Below, piece after piece: positions 56,054-64,000 of a DNA stretch of 64,000 nt. The first letter of the stretch is position 1. Each line of letters begins with the position of its first letter. Position numbers and translations under genes: made by a program. The stretch comes from Planctomycetota bacterium (lineage in GTDB: Bacteria; Planctomycetota; Phycisphaerae; Sedimentisphaerales; Anaerobacaceae), in assembly GCA_020351025.1 (NCBI GenBank), contig CP070728.1, positions 1,827,510 to 1,891,509 of the forward strand, given 5' to 3'. A model generated the notes under the pieces. It was not told the origin of the DNA. It did not search any database and was given only the letters and a program-made list of their open reading frames with translations.

Positions 56054-58198
56054 ATGTTAGTGAGTCAGCGGTGTAAAAATCTTAAGTTTCTGTTTCTGGC
56101 AATTGTAATTGTTCTGACAATACCCACTCAAGCACAGGCGTATATTGGGCCGGGAGCCGGCTTTGCGGTGGTGGGCTCATTTTTGGTGATGTTTACCGCC
56201 CTTCTGTCGGCGCTGTTGGCGTTATTTACCTGGCCGATGCGCTATCTTATTCGAGCAATTCGCGGTCGACATGCTTTTGCTCGTAGTAGGGTTAAGAAAT
56301 TTGTGATACTTGGGCTGGATGGTATGGATTATGCAATGACAGAGAAAATGCTCTCAGAAGGCAAACTTCCCAATCTGGTGAAGCTTCGCGACCAGGCTTG
56401 TTTCAAGCCGCTCGCAACAACCATCCCTACCATTTCACCGGTTGCTTGGTCATCGTTTCAAACCGGTTCTAATCCTGCTAAACACAATATCTTTGATTTT
56501 CTCACACGTGATAAGCGCAATTATCAGCCGCGCCTAAGCTCAGTGGATATCAGAGGACCGCGACGAAAAATAACTCTGGGCAAGTACCAATTTCCTCTCG
56601 GCAAAGCTGATATTCGTCTTCTCCGCAAAGGAAAGCCATTTTGGAAGACGCTCGGCGAGCATGGAATATTTAGCAGTGTCATCCGCGTGCCGATTACATT
56701 TCCGCCAGAGAAGTTCCACGGCGTGCAACTCTCAGGCATGTGCGTTCCTGACCTGCGCGGCACACAAGGGATGTTTTCCTTTTACACCACAAAAAAAGAA
56801 GACAAAGTGGAGCACACCGGCGGAGAAAATTTTTACGTTACGAAGAACGGCAACAGTGTAAAGGCGGAGCTTATCGGTTCAACGAACCCCCTGCGTAAAG
56901 ATAACAGCATTTTAAAATGTCCCTTTGAAGTCACTATCAAAGATGAGAACTCAGCAGATATCAAGATTGGCAGGGATAGTTACACACTCGAAAAAGACGT
57001 ATATACCAATTGGATAAAAGTCAGCTTCAGAGCTGCTCCTGGTATAAAGGTTTATGGTATATGTAAGTTTCTTTTGCTAAGTGCTGCTCCCGAATTTGAG
57101 TTGTACGTTACACCCATTAACATCGACCCCGAAAAACCCGCTATGCCCATTTCGCACCCTGCGATTTACTCCACTTATCTTGCCAAGCGGCAAGGGTCTT
57201 TTGCAACGTTAGGTCTGGCTGAAGACAGCTGGGCTCTTAACGAAAAAGTTCTAATCGACAATAGTTTTTTACATCAATGCATTGAGACAGACCAAGAGCG
57301 TGAGAAGATGTTTTTTGATGCCCTTGACAAAATCAAACACGGCCTGTGTGTTTGCGTTTTTGATGGTACCGACCGCATCCAACACACTTTCTGGAGAGAC
57401 ATAGATGAGGAGCATCCTGCCAACCGGGAACAGGAGCAAAGACCACAGCGTAACATTATTGAAGAACTATATCAACGTATGGACATTTTAGTCGGCAAAA
57501 CGCTGGCTAAGTGCAAGGGGAAAGATACTATTTTGATGATTATCTCAGACCACGGATTTAACACATTTCGCCACGGTGTTGACTTAAACCGCTGGCTCGA
57601 AGAAAACGGCTATCTAAAGGTTAAGGACAGCCAGCGCAACAAAAAGCATCTTGAGTGTGTTGACTGGTCGAAAAGCCGAGCTTTCGCTATCGGTTTGGCT
57701 GGTATTTTTCTTAACCTAAAGGGCAGGGAAGCGCAGGGGATAGTAGAACCGGGTGCCGAGGCTGCCCAACTGCGCAATGAAATAGCTAAGAAGCTGATAG
57801 AGTTAAACGATGCTGAACATGGCCAGAGGGCAATCAAACAGGTTTACAATGCAATGGAAGTTTACCAAGGGCCATACAAGAATGAAGCACCCGATTTGAT
57901 TGTAGGTTACAACCGGGGTTATCGCGCATCATGGGAGACTGCGATTGGTCAGGTAACTGATAAAATCTTCCACGATAATACCAAAGCCTGGAGCGGCGAC
58001 CACTGCATTGACCACAGTCTTGTTCCGGGTGTTCTTTTCTGCAACCGGGCGATTACCACAGAGCATCCCAGACTTATGGATATAGGGCCGACAGTCCTGG
58101 ATATGTTCGGCGTCGCAGTACCGAGGTATATGGATGGAAAACCACTGGCAGTGACTGATGTTGATGGCAATAAGAACCGCAAGAAACAGGCCAAATGA
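56054..58198 (+). CDS. alkaline-phosphatase-superfamily protein (type I phosphodiesterase/NPP-like), membrane anchored
   Basis: FVILGLDGMDY metal-site Asp, TTIPTISPVAWSSFQTG nucleophile region, ISDHGF and WSGDHC distal metal motifs. N-terminus has two hydrophobic segments, then an R/K-rich stretch. Confidence 0.8.
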   Translation: MLVSQRCKNLKFLFLAIVIVLTIPTQAQAYIGPGAGFAVVGSFLVMFTALLSALLALFTWPMRYLIRAIRGRHAFARSRVKKFVILGLDGMDYAMTEKMLSEGKLPNLVKLRDQACFKPLATTIPTISPVAWSSFQTGSNPAKHNIFDFLTRDKRNYQPRLSSVDIRGPRRKITLGKYQFPLGKADIRLLRKGKPFWKTLGEHGIFSSVIRVPITFPPEKFHGVQLSGMCVPDLRGTQGMFSFYTTKKEDKVEHTGGENFYVTKNGNSVKAELIGSTNPLRKDNSILKCPFEVTIKDENSADIKIGRDSYTLEKDVYTNWIKVSFRAAPGIKVYGICKFLLLSAAPEFELYVTPINIDPEKPAMPISHPAIYSTYLAKRQGSFATLGLAEDSWALNEKVLIDNSFLHQCIETDQEREKMFFDALDKIKHGLCVCVFDGTDRIQHTFWRDIDEEHPANREQEQRPQRNIIEELYQRMDILVGKTLAKCKGKDTILMIISDHGFNTFRHGVDLNRWLEENGYLKVKDSQRNKKHLECVDWSKSRAFAIGLAGIFLNLKGREAQGIVEPGAEAAQLRNEIAKKLIELNDAEHGQRAIKQVYNAMEVYQGPYKNEAPDLIVGYNRGYRASWETAIGQVTDKIFHDNTKAWSGDHCIDHSLVPGVLFCNRAITTEHPRLMDIGPTVLDMFGVAVPRYMDGKPLAVTDVDGNKNRKKQAK

Positions 58199-58217
58199 TA
58201 CAAAGGAGCGCCAAATA

Positions 58218-60257
58218 ATGCCCAACACAGATAAAGGCAAGCTTAATCGAAGAGAGTTTCTAAAGCGGTCAGCCGTCACGGCAGCAGCGGTTAGCACAGG
58301 CTTCGGCATCAAGCGGGTCTATGCGGCAAAGAAAAAACGCCTAGGTACAGGAAAGAAGGTGATTGTAATCGGCATTGACGGTATGGACCCGCGTCTGTCC
58401 GAACAGATAATGAATGCTGGGAAGCTGCCGAATTTCGATAAGCTTCGCAAACTGGGGGGATTTCACGTGCTGGGCACAAGCATCCCACCGCAAAGTCCCG
58501 TGGCTTGGGCCAACTTTATAAATGGTGCCGGGCCGGGTTCACATGGAATCTTTGACTTTATTCACCGACATCCCGAAAAACAGTGTGTTCCATTTTTCGC
58601 TATGGCCGAAACCGTTGAAGGCGAAGGCTATTGGGAAATAGGAAACCACAAGCTGCAATTGGATTTCTGGCCCTTCAATCACAAACGCACTGCTACCCTG
58701 CTGCGGCGCCAAGGAACACCCTTCTGGGATTATCTCAATGAAGCAGATATCTGCTCGACCTTTTACAATTTGCCTTCAAACTACCCACCGAGTGAATCCA
58801 AGCATGGCTACCATCAGTGTTTAGCAGGTATGGGAACACCTGACTTGCTGGGCACTTATGGAACCTATCAACACTTTGCTGAGGATGGACCGCTCCTAAC
58901 TAAGGATGAAGGCGGCGGCAAACGCTCCATGCTTTTCTTCGAGAATGAAACAGCACAGGCAAAATTAATTGGACCACGAAACAATTTGCTCAAAATACCT
59001 GAACCAGCTGTTATCAACTTCTCTGTGTATCGTGATATCGGGGCCAAAGCAGCTGTTATCGAAATCCAGAAACATCGAATCGTTCTCAAAGAAGGACAGT
59101 GGAGCCGCTGGGTAAAGCTGGATTTCGAAATGTCAACACCCGCATTTATGCCCAATAAACACATCCGCGGAATATGCCGTTTCTATCTGCAGGAGGTAAG
59201 CCCTAACTTCAGGTTGTATGTAAGTCCCATCAATGCTGACCCGTCTGACTCAGCTTTAAAGCTTACTGAGCCACCGGAGTTTATTAAAGAAATTTCAAAT
59301 AGATTGGAATTATTCTACACTACCGGATTTCAGGAAGACCATAAGGCATTATCAAACAAAGTATTCACTGATGAAGAATATCGCACCCAGGCCGATTATG
59401 TACTCAAGGAACGGCTTAACCTGCTTAACTACGCTCTCGAAAACTATGATGATGGTCTTCTTTTCTTCTATTTTTCCAGCACTGATTTGCAGGCCCATAT
59501 GTTCTGGTGGGACACAGATGAAGAACATCCGACACGCTCCGCCGACGACGCTATAAAGTACTTCGACCACCTTAAGGGTATTTATCGTAAATTGGATTCG
59601 GTCGTGGGAGATATTCTGAAGCGATATAGTGACAAGGCCACCATTATTGTGATGAGTGACCACGGCTTTGCAAATTTCAAAAGGCAATTTAACCTTAACA
59701 GCTGGCTGCGTGAAAATGGTTATATTCAACCAACTGATAGTACTTCAATCTTACGTGACGTCGATTGGTCGAAAACCAAAGCATATGCATTGGGTATAAA
59801 CGGTTTATACCTCAACCTCAAAGGACGCGAGCGAGATGGTATCGTAGAGGCCGGCCAAGAACGCGAAAAGCTTATTGAGGAATTGATAAGCAAACTCGAA
59901 GCAGTTAAAGATGTCAACGGCAGAAGTGTTATTCGCAAAGTCCACCGCACAGATAAGGCATATAGCGGTCCTGCAACTGAACTTGCTCCGGATATGATTG
60001 TAGGCTACCATCGTGGCTACCGGGCGTCCTGGGCCACCTGTCTCGGAGATATGACAACAGAGGTGCTGCTGGACAACGACTCTGCCTGGAGTGCAGACCA
60101 TTGTGCCGATGCTTCAGAAGTGCCGGGAGTTATCTTCAGTAATAAACCCATTGGTGCTGGTGCTCCGTTTCTAATAGATGTAGCTCCGTCGATTCTAACA
60201 GAATTTGGATTAAAAATCCCGTCCTCAATGGCGGGTAGAAACATCTTCACGACATAA
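58218..60257 (+). CDS. alkaline-phosphatase-superfamily protein, paralog of 56054-58198, with twin-arginine signal
   Basis: NRREFLKRSAVTAAAVSTGFG Tat motif. VIVIGIDGMDP, TSIPPQSPVAWANF, MSDHGF and WSADHC. AAGGAG RBS before ATG 58218. Confidence 0.8.
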   Translation: MPNTDKGKLNRREFLKRSAVTAAAVSTGFGIKRVYAAKKKRLGTGKKVIVIGIDGMDPRLSEQIMNAGKLPNFDKLRKLGGFHVLGTSIPPQSPVAWANFINGAGPGSHGIFDFIHRHPEKQCVPFFAMAETVEGEGYWEIGNHKLQLDFWPFNHKRTATLLRRQGTPFWDYLNEADICSTFYNLPSNYPPSESKHGYHQCLAGMGTPDLLGTYGTYQHFAEDGPLLTKDEGGGKRSMLFFENETAQAKLIGPRNNLLKIPEPAVINFSVYRDIGAKAAVIEIQKHRIVLKEGQWSRWVKLDFEMSTPAFMPNKHIRGICRFYLQEVSPNFRLYVSPINADPSDSALKLTEPPEFIKEISNRLELFYTTGFQEDHKALSNKVFTDEEYRTQADYVLKERLNLLNYALENYDDGLLFFYFSSTDLQAHMFWWDTDEEHPTRSADDAIKYFDHLKGIYRKLDSVVGDILKRYSDKATIIVMSDHGFANFKRQFNLNSWLRENGYIQPTDSTSILRDVDWSKTKAYALGINGLYLNLKGRERDGIVEAGQEREKLIEELISKLEAVKDVNGRSVIRKVHRTDKAYSGPATELAPDMIVGYHRGYRASWATCLGDMTTEVLLDNDSAWSADHCADASEVPGVIFSNKPIGAGAPFLIDVAPSILTEFGLKIPSSMAGRNIFTT

Positions 60258-60300
60258 ACGAAACTTTTATAGCACGATAGATAATAAGGGAGTTAAACAA

Positions 60301-60486
60301 ATGGCAAAGATTAAGATTGATTCGAATCTATTTGAGCGTGTGAAAAAAGCAACTGAAACTGCGGGATACAGCAGCGTGGAGGAGTTTATTACCCATATCA
60401 TCGAAAAGGAGCTTGCCAAATTCGAAAGTGACCAAACAGACGAAAAAGTAGCGGACCAGCTTCGCGGGCTGGGGTATATCGAATGA
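60301..60486 (+). CDS. small ribbon-helix-helix-like protein (tentative)
   Basis: 61 aa. KIKIDSNLFERVKKATETAGYSSVEEFITHIIEKEL fits a beta-alpha-alpha RHH pattern. Acidic linker, C-terminal LRGLGYIE. ATGA overlap with the next gene. Confidence 0.55.
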   Translation: MAKIKIDSNLFERVKKATETAGYSSVEEFITHIIEKELAKFESDQTDEKVADQLRGLGYIE

Positions 60487-61328
60487 TGCATTTCTTAACC
60501 CAAATCATAAATTGGATTAACGTACCGCTAAATGCTGCAGGTAAATTTTTGTCAATTCCGGTTTGCTCACTGCCGGGGTGGTTATCGAACACATTAATTT
60601 CAGCGGTAACAGGAGTGGTTCTACTAATTATTTTCAAATACACTTCTAACCAAAAAGCCATCGGGCGGGTCAGGGACAATATCAAGGCTGATATGCTTGC
60701 CTTGAAACTGTTCAAAGACAGTATTACAGTGACATTACAATCACAGGGCCGAGTTTTTAAGGGAGCTTTTCAGCTTTTGTTTCATGCTGTCAAACCAATG
60801 CTGGTGATGATTATTCCGGTATCTTTACTGTTGGCACAGATGGGCACATGGTACCAGTCGCGGCCGTTGCTGCCTGGTGAAGAGACAGTTGTGACCTTGC
60901 GGTTTAACAGTGACATCGAAGGGCCTTGGCCTAAAGTTGACATTGAACCCACCACAGCAGTTGACGTAACATCAGGGCCGGTTAGAATTTTCAGTAAAAA
61001 GGAAATATGCTGGAAAATAAGAGCACTTGAAGGCGGATACCACCGTATAATTGTTCAAGTAGGCCAGCGGCAGATTGATAAGGAACTTGCAATCGGCGAT
61101 GGTTTTATGCGGATAAGCCCCGAACGACCTCGTTGGCACTGGGCCGATATTCTGCTTTATCCCGGGGAGAAACCTTTTGGTCCCGATTCCGTGGTCCAGT
61201 CCATCAGCATTGAGTATCCGCAGCGGCCGTCCCGAACAAGTGGCACCGACTGGTGGCTGGGGTATTTCTTTGTTGCCTCGCTGGTCTTTGCCTTAATATT
61301 CAAGCCGTTCCTAAAGGTAAGGATATAA
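60483..61328 (+). CDS. hypothetical membrane protein (2 N-terminal TM, extracytoplasmic beta-rich domain, C-terminal TM)
   Basis: ORF translationally coupled on both sides. Hydrophobic segments AVTGVVLLIIF, MLVMIIPVSLLLA and WWLGYFFVASLVFALIF. Confidence 0.6.
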   Translation: MMHFLTQIINWINVPLNAAGKFLSIPVCSLPGWLSNTLISAVTGVVLLIIFKYTSNQKAIGRVRDNIKADMLALKLFKDSITVTLQSQGRVFKGAFQLLFHAVKPMLVMIIPVSLLLAQMGTWYQSRPLLPGEETVVTLRFNSDIEGPWPKVDIEPTTAVDVTSGPVRIFSKKEICWKIRALEGGYHRIIVQVGQRQIDKELAIGDGFMRISPERPRWHWADILLYPGEKPFGPDSVVQSISIEYPQRPSRTSGTDWWLGYFFVASLVFALIFKPFLKVRI

Positions 61329-63257
61329 ATGGATAAAAGGCCGAAAAAATTTTATATCCTCTTCATTAGTGTGGTTTTGATACTGGTTACCCTTTCAGTT
61401 TTTTGGCAAGTACGCTCTCACGAGTTCATATCCTTTGACGATAACATGTACATTTACAATAACAGTCAGGTAACAGCCGGCCTGACACGAGAGAGCCTTG
61501 CCTGGGCATTCACCACAACACACGCCTTTAACTGGCATCCGCTGACATGGATGTCACATATGCTGGACTGTGAGCTTTACGGTTTGGACGCCGGCGGTCA
61601 TCATTTTACGAACGTGCTGTTTCATATAGCCAACACCGTGCTGCTGTTGCTGGTACTGAATCGTATGACACGAAATCTGTGGCCCAGCGTATTTGTTGCT
61701 GCTGCTTTTGCCCTGCACCCGCTTCATGTGGAGTCCGTCGCCTGGGCATCGGAACGCAAGGATGTGCTTAGCACTTTTTTCTGGATGCTCACGATGTGGG
61801 CTTATGTTCGTTACGTTGAACGTCGAGAGATTAAAAGATATATTGTAATAATATTGGTCTTCACTCTTGGCCTTATGGCCAAGCAGATGCTGGTTACACT
61901 GCCGTTTGTGCTGCTTCTTTTAGACTACTGGCCCCTTGGGCGGCTCAAATTTGAAAAACAATGTTTCCGCAATTCCGCTCGGGAATGTATTGTAGAAAAA
62001 CTGCCTCTTTTGCTGCTGTCTGCGGTTGCCGGCATAGTAATATATCTTGTCCAGCATGCTGTGGATATCGTAAAATCTACAAAAGACTATCCCCTGTCTG
62101 CGCGTATTACAAATGCGCTAGCAGCTTATATAACATATATCGGCAAGATGCTGTGGCCTACCCGCTTGGCAATCTTCTATCCGCATCCGGGCAAAGATTT
62201 GCCGGTATGGCAAAGTGTCGGAGCAGCTCTATTATTGGTACTTATAACAGCAGCTATATTCTGGAAGATACGTCGGCGTCCCTATCTTGCTGTCGGCTGG
62301 CTGTGGTACTTAGGCACCCTTGTACCCGTTATTGGGCTGGTCCAGATCGGGTTGCAGGCTCTCGCTGACCGATACACCTATATTCCCCTGATTGGTTTAT
62401 TCATGATTATTGCATGGGGCACTGCCGATATTCTTGCTCGGCTGCGTTATCGAAAAGTAGTCCTTTCCATAACTGGGCTACTATTGCTTTTAATTATGGC
62501 AGTTATGTCCTGGTTTCAAGTCAGTTACTGGCGCAATGGTATGACACTGTATGGGCATGGAACGGAAGTGGTTCCAAATAATACATGGACACGCTATTAT
62601 TTGGGGGAAGAGCTTGTTCTCAGGGGCCGACTCGATGAAGCTATTAAACATTTTAAAGAATCGCTGCGAATCGAGCCGGATTGTGCCTATACGAAGTATT
62701 TTCTGGGAAGCGTACTTCTCCGACAAGGTAAAATTGACGAGGCCATAAAAGTTTATGAAGAACTCCTGCCGAAACTGCCTGACAATATAGCTGCCGCCGA
62801 TATGCCGGATGTTAAACTTGTCAGGAAGGGTAAGCTGGGGGAAATTATCAACTTGTACACCAAAGGACACGTCAATTTGGGTATAGCACTTAGCCAACAA
62901 GGTAAACTTGATGAAGCTATCAAGCACTATACTGAGGCACTGCGAATTAGGCCGGACTTCGCCGTGGCACATACCAACTTAGGACACGCTCTGGCTCGCC
63001 AAGGCAAGCTTGAGGAAGCTATTACACACTACGCCGAGGCATTGCACCTCAACCCAACCTCAACCGAAGCTCACTACTACTTGGCTTATGTTTTGTATGA
63101 ACAGGGCAAGATTAATGAGGCTATTACTTTCGCTGAAAAGGCATTAGTTCTGGCTGAATCCTCAAATCAGAAAAAAATAGCAGAGGAAATTCGAAAAAGC
63201 CTGCGTTTATATAAGGATAAAGCAGACGCCCCATCCATCGAGTCTTCTGCAAAATGA
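61329..63257 (+). CDS. TMTC-like GT-C-fold glycosyltransferase (DUF1736/PMT_2-like membrane domain) with C-terminal TPR repeats
   Basis: N-terminal FISFDDNMYIYNN acidic motif, WHPLTWMSHMLD, GHHFTNVLFHIANT and FALHPLHVESVAWASERKD, about 11 TM helices, then 5-6 TPRs (EAIKHYTEALRIRPDFAVAHTNLGHAL...). Confidence 0.75.
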   Translation: MDKRPKKFYILFISVVLILVTLSVFWQVRSHEFISFDDNMYIYNNSQVTAGLTRESLAWAFTTTHAFNWHPLTWMSHMLDCELYGLDAGGHHFTNVLFHIANTVLLLLVLNRMTRNLWPSVFVAAAFALHPLHVESVAWASERKDVLSTFFWMLTMWAYVRYVERREIKRYIVIILVFTLGLMAKQMLVTLPFVLLLLDYWPLGRLKFEKQCFRNSARECIVEKLPLLLLSAVAGIVIYLVQHAVDIVKSTKDYPLSARITNALAAYITYIGKMLWPTRLAIFYPHPGKDLPVWQSVGAALLLVLITAAIFWKIRRRPYLAVGWLWYLGTLVPVIGLVQIGLQALADRYTYIPLIGLFMIIAWGTADILARLRYRKVVLSITGLLLLLIMAVMSWFQVSYWRNGMTLYGHGTEVVPNNTWTRYYLGEELVLRGRLDEAIKHFKESLRIEPDCAYTKYFLGSVLLRQGKIDEAIKVYEELLPKLPDNIAAADMPDVKLVRKGKLGEIINLYTKGHVNLGIALSQQGKLDEAIKHYTEALRIRPDFAVAHTNLGHALARQGKLEEAITHYAEALHLNPTSTEAHYYLAYVLYEQGKINEAITFAEKALVLAESSNQKKIAEEIRKSLRLYKDKADAPSIESSAK

Positions 63258-63475
63258 ATCTGGACTCAAATTGAAGTTATATTCTGCATCTTTTTCATTG
63301 TCTCAAGGCGAGGAATCAAGCTTTTCCAGTGGCTTTTGCTTTCGAAACTACTTCTGAAGGTGCGAATATAATTTTCTTTCAATAAACTGCCATAATTGTT
63401 TTGAGAAGTCGCACTATGGTGTGCTGCTTATCAATATTTGGTGGAGGACCTGAATTTTCCTGCAGTTGACGAAAG

Positions 63476-64000
63476 TCATCCTGCCGCCGGGCACAACTGA
63501 TTTCTGATATTTTCCAATTTGCCGAAACACACAAGTTCATCACCCAATATAATTTTAGTGTTTGCTGAAGGGTTAGGTATCGTCGTGTCGGCACGTATTA
63601 TGGCTAAAACTGTAATGTCACTTTTTCTTAACTGTGATTCCGATAATTTCTTTTCAAGTATGGAACTGCCGCCATCGACAGCAACTCTCGATACGCCATA
63701 CCCACCGGTTGCTACTAATAGTTCTTCAAAAGATACAGACTTAATAATATCTCTTTTTACAATACGCTTCCTTAAAGCATTTGTAAACTTTCGAGCGAAC
63801 TTAGTGTTAGTAAAAACCTTATAGATAACGTATATAGCAACAGCAATAACTGTCAAATTTATCCACGGCATCACACCGGGCGAGACAAAATCAGACAAAA
63901 GGGGAATCTCGATAATTGGTGGTCTTAAAGTATTGGCAAAAGTCGCTATCATAGTAACAAGTCCCGCGTGTCCCAGAACAATAAGAACCGAGGCGATACG
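63476..64000 (-). CDS. membrane protein with TrkA-C (RCK C-terminal) domain, N-terminally truncated by the window edge
   Basis: YGVSRVAVDGGSSILEKKLSESQLRKSDITVLAIIRADTTIPNPSANTKIILGDELVCFG matches the TrkA_C pattern. The frame stays open and hydrophobic upstream of the first Met to nt 64000. Confidence 0.7.
   Translation of the reverse strand, partial: RIASVLIVLGHAGLVTMIATFANTLRPPIIEIPLLSDFVSPGVMPWINLTVIAVAIYVIYKVFTNTKFARKFTNALRKRIVKRDIIKSVSFEELLVATGGYGVSRVAVDGGSSILEKKLSESQLRKSDITVLAIIRADTTIPNPSANTKIILGDELVCFGKLENIRNQLCPAAG

Noticed and set aside
56054-60257. Alkaline-phosphatase-superfamily proteins as PglZ of a BREX-type defence system
   Set aside because: No methyltransferase, BrxC-type ATPase, Lon-like protease or other BREX/DISARM components are present. 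The motifs and secretion signals fit NPP-type enzymes in an envelope context instead.
60301-60486. RHH protein as the antitoxin of a toxin-antitoxin pair
   Set aside because: The downstream overlapping gene encodes a 281-aa membrane protein with no resemblance to known toxins (ParE, RelE, VapC, and so on). The operon context argues against a TA module.

Overview
The window looks like core chromosome from a PVC-superphylum bacterium, probably Planctomycetota and Phycisphaerae-like. That placement is an inference from tandem DUF1559 prepilin-type proteins, LL-diaminopimelate aminotransferase DapL, a short-repeat RCC1-like secreted protein, frequent lack of Shine-Dalgarno sites, and moderate GC (judged by eye, not computed). 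Gene density is high and most genes are recognisable. From left to right: two DUF1559 paralogs; Zn-ADH plus a macro-domain protein; tRNA-Cys; a TolC/MFP/ABC (MacAB-like) efflux operon; a Fur-family regulator; dapL; a folK-deoxynucleoside kinase fusion; a Cys/Met PLP enzyme; panC, panD, lgt and a rhomboid protease; an ECF sigma/anti-sigma/secreted coiled-coil operon; a RACo-like ASKHA protein; a CaCA antiporter; the rpmF-plsX-fabHDG-acpP-fabF cluster; the RCC1-like propeller protein; an aminotransferase; two adjacent phosphate uptake units (Na/Pi-PhoU, DUF47-PiT); an NfeD-NfeD-FloA flotillin module; a TPR protein; a CheY-like receiver; a LarA-like protein; an HME-RND metal efflux cluster (TolC, MFP with metal fingers, YHS lipoprotein, enlarged RND pump); tRNA-CAT and tRNA-Lys; and a five-gene operon of two alkaline-phosphatase-family paralogs, a small RHH-like protein, a membrane protein and a TMTC-like GT-C/TPR protein. 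I saw no CRISPR array, transposase, integrase, prophage or recognisable defence genes. The most unusual signals are: (1) a 1.14 kb gene-free AT-rich region (33785-34924) holding a strictly 10-bp-phased TGCnAAA array and two convergent, orphan, promoter-plus-terminator hairpin units whose loops share a C/U-rich anti-SD-like motif (candidate sRNA pair); (2) the five-gene 56054-63257 operon, a candidate uncharacterised envelope-modification system; (3) an orphan consensus promoter plus a roughly 265-nt terminated transcript upstream of fur; (4) an RND pump with an apparent four-helix insertion, with a LarA-like gene 9 nt downstream. All function calls rest on motif recognition by eye. No database search was run.
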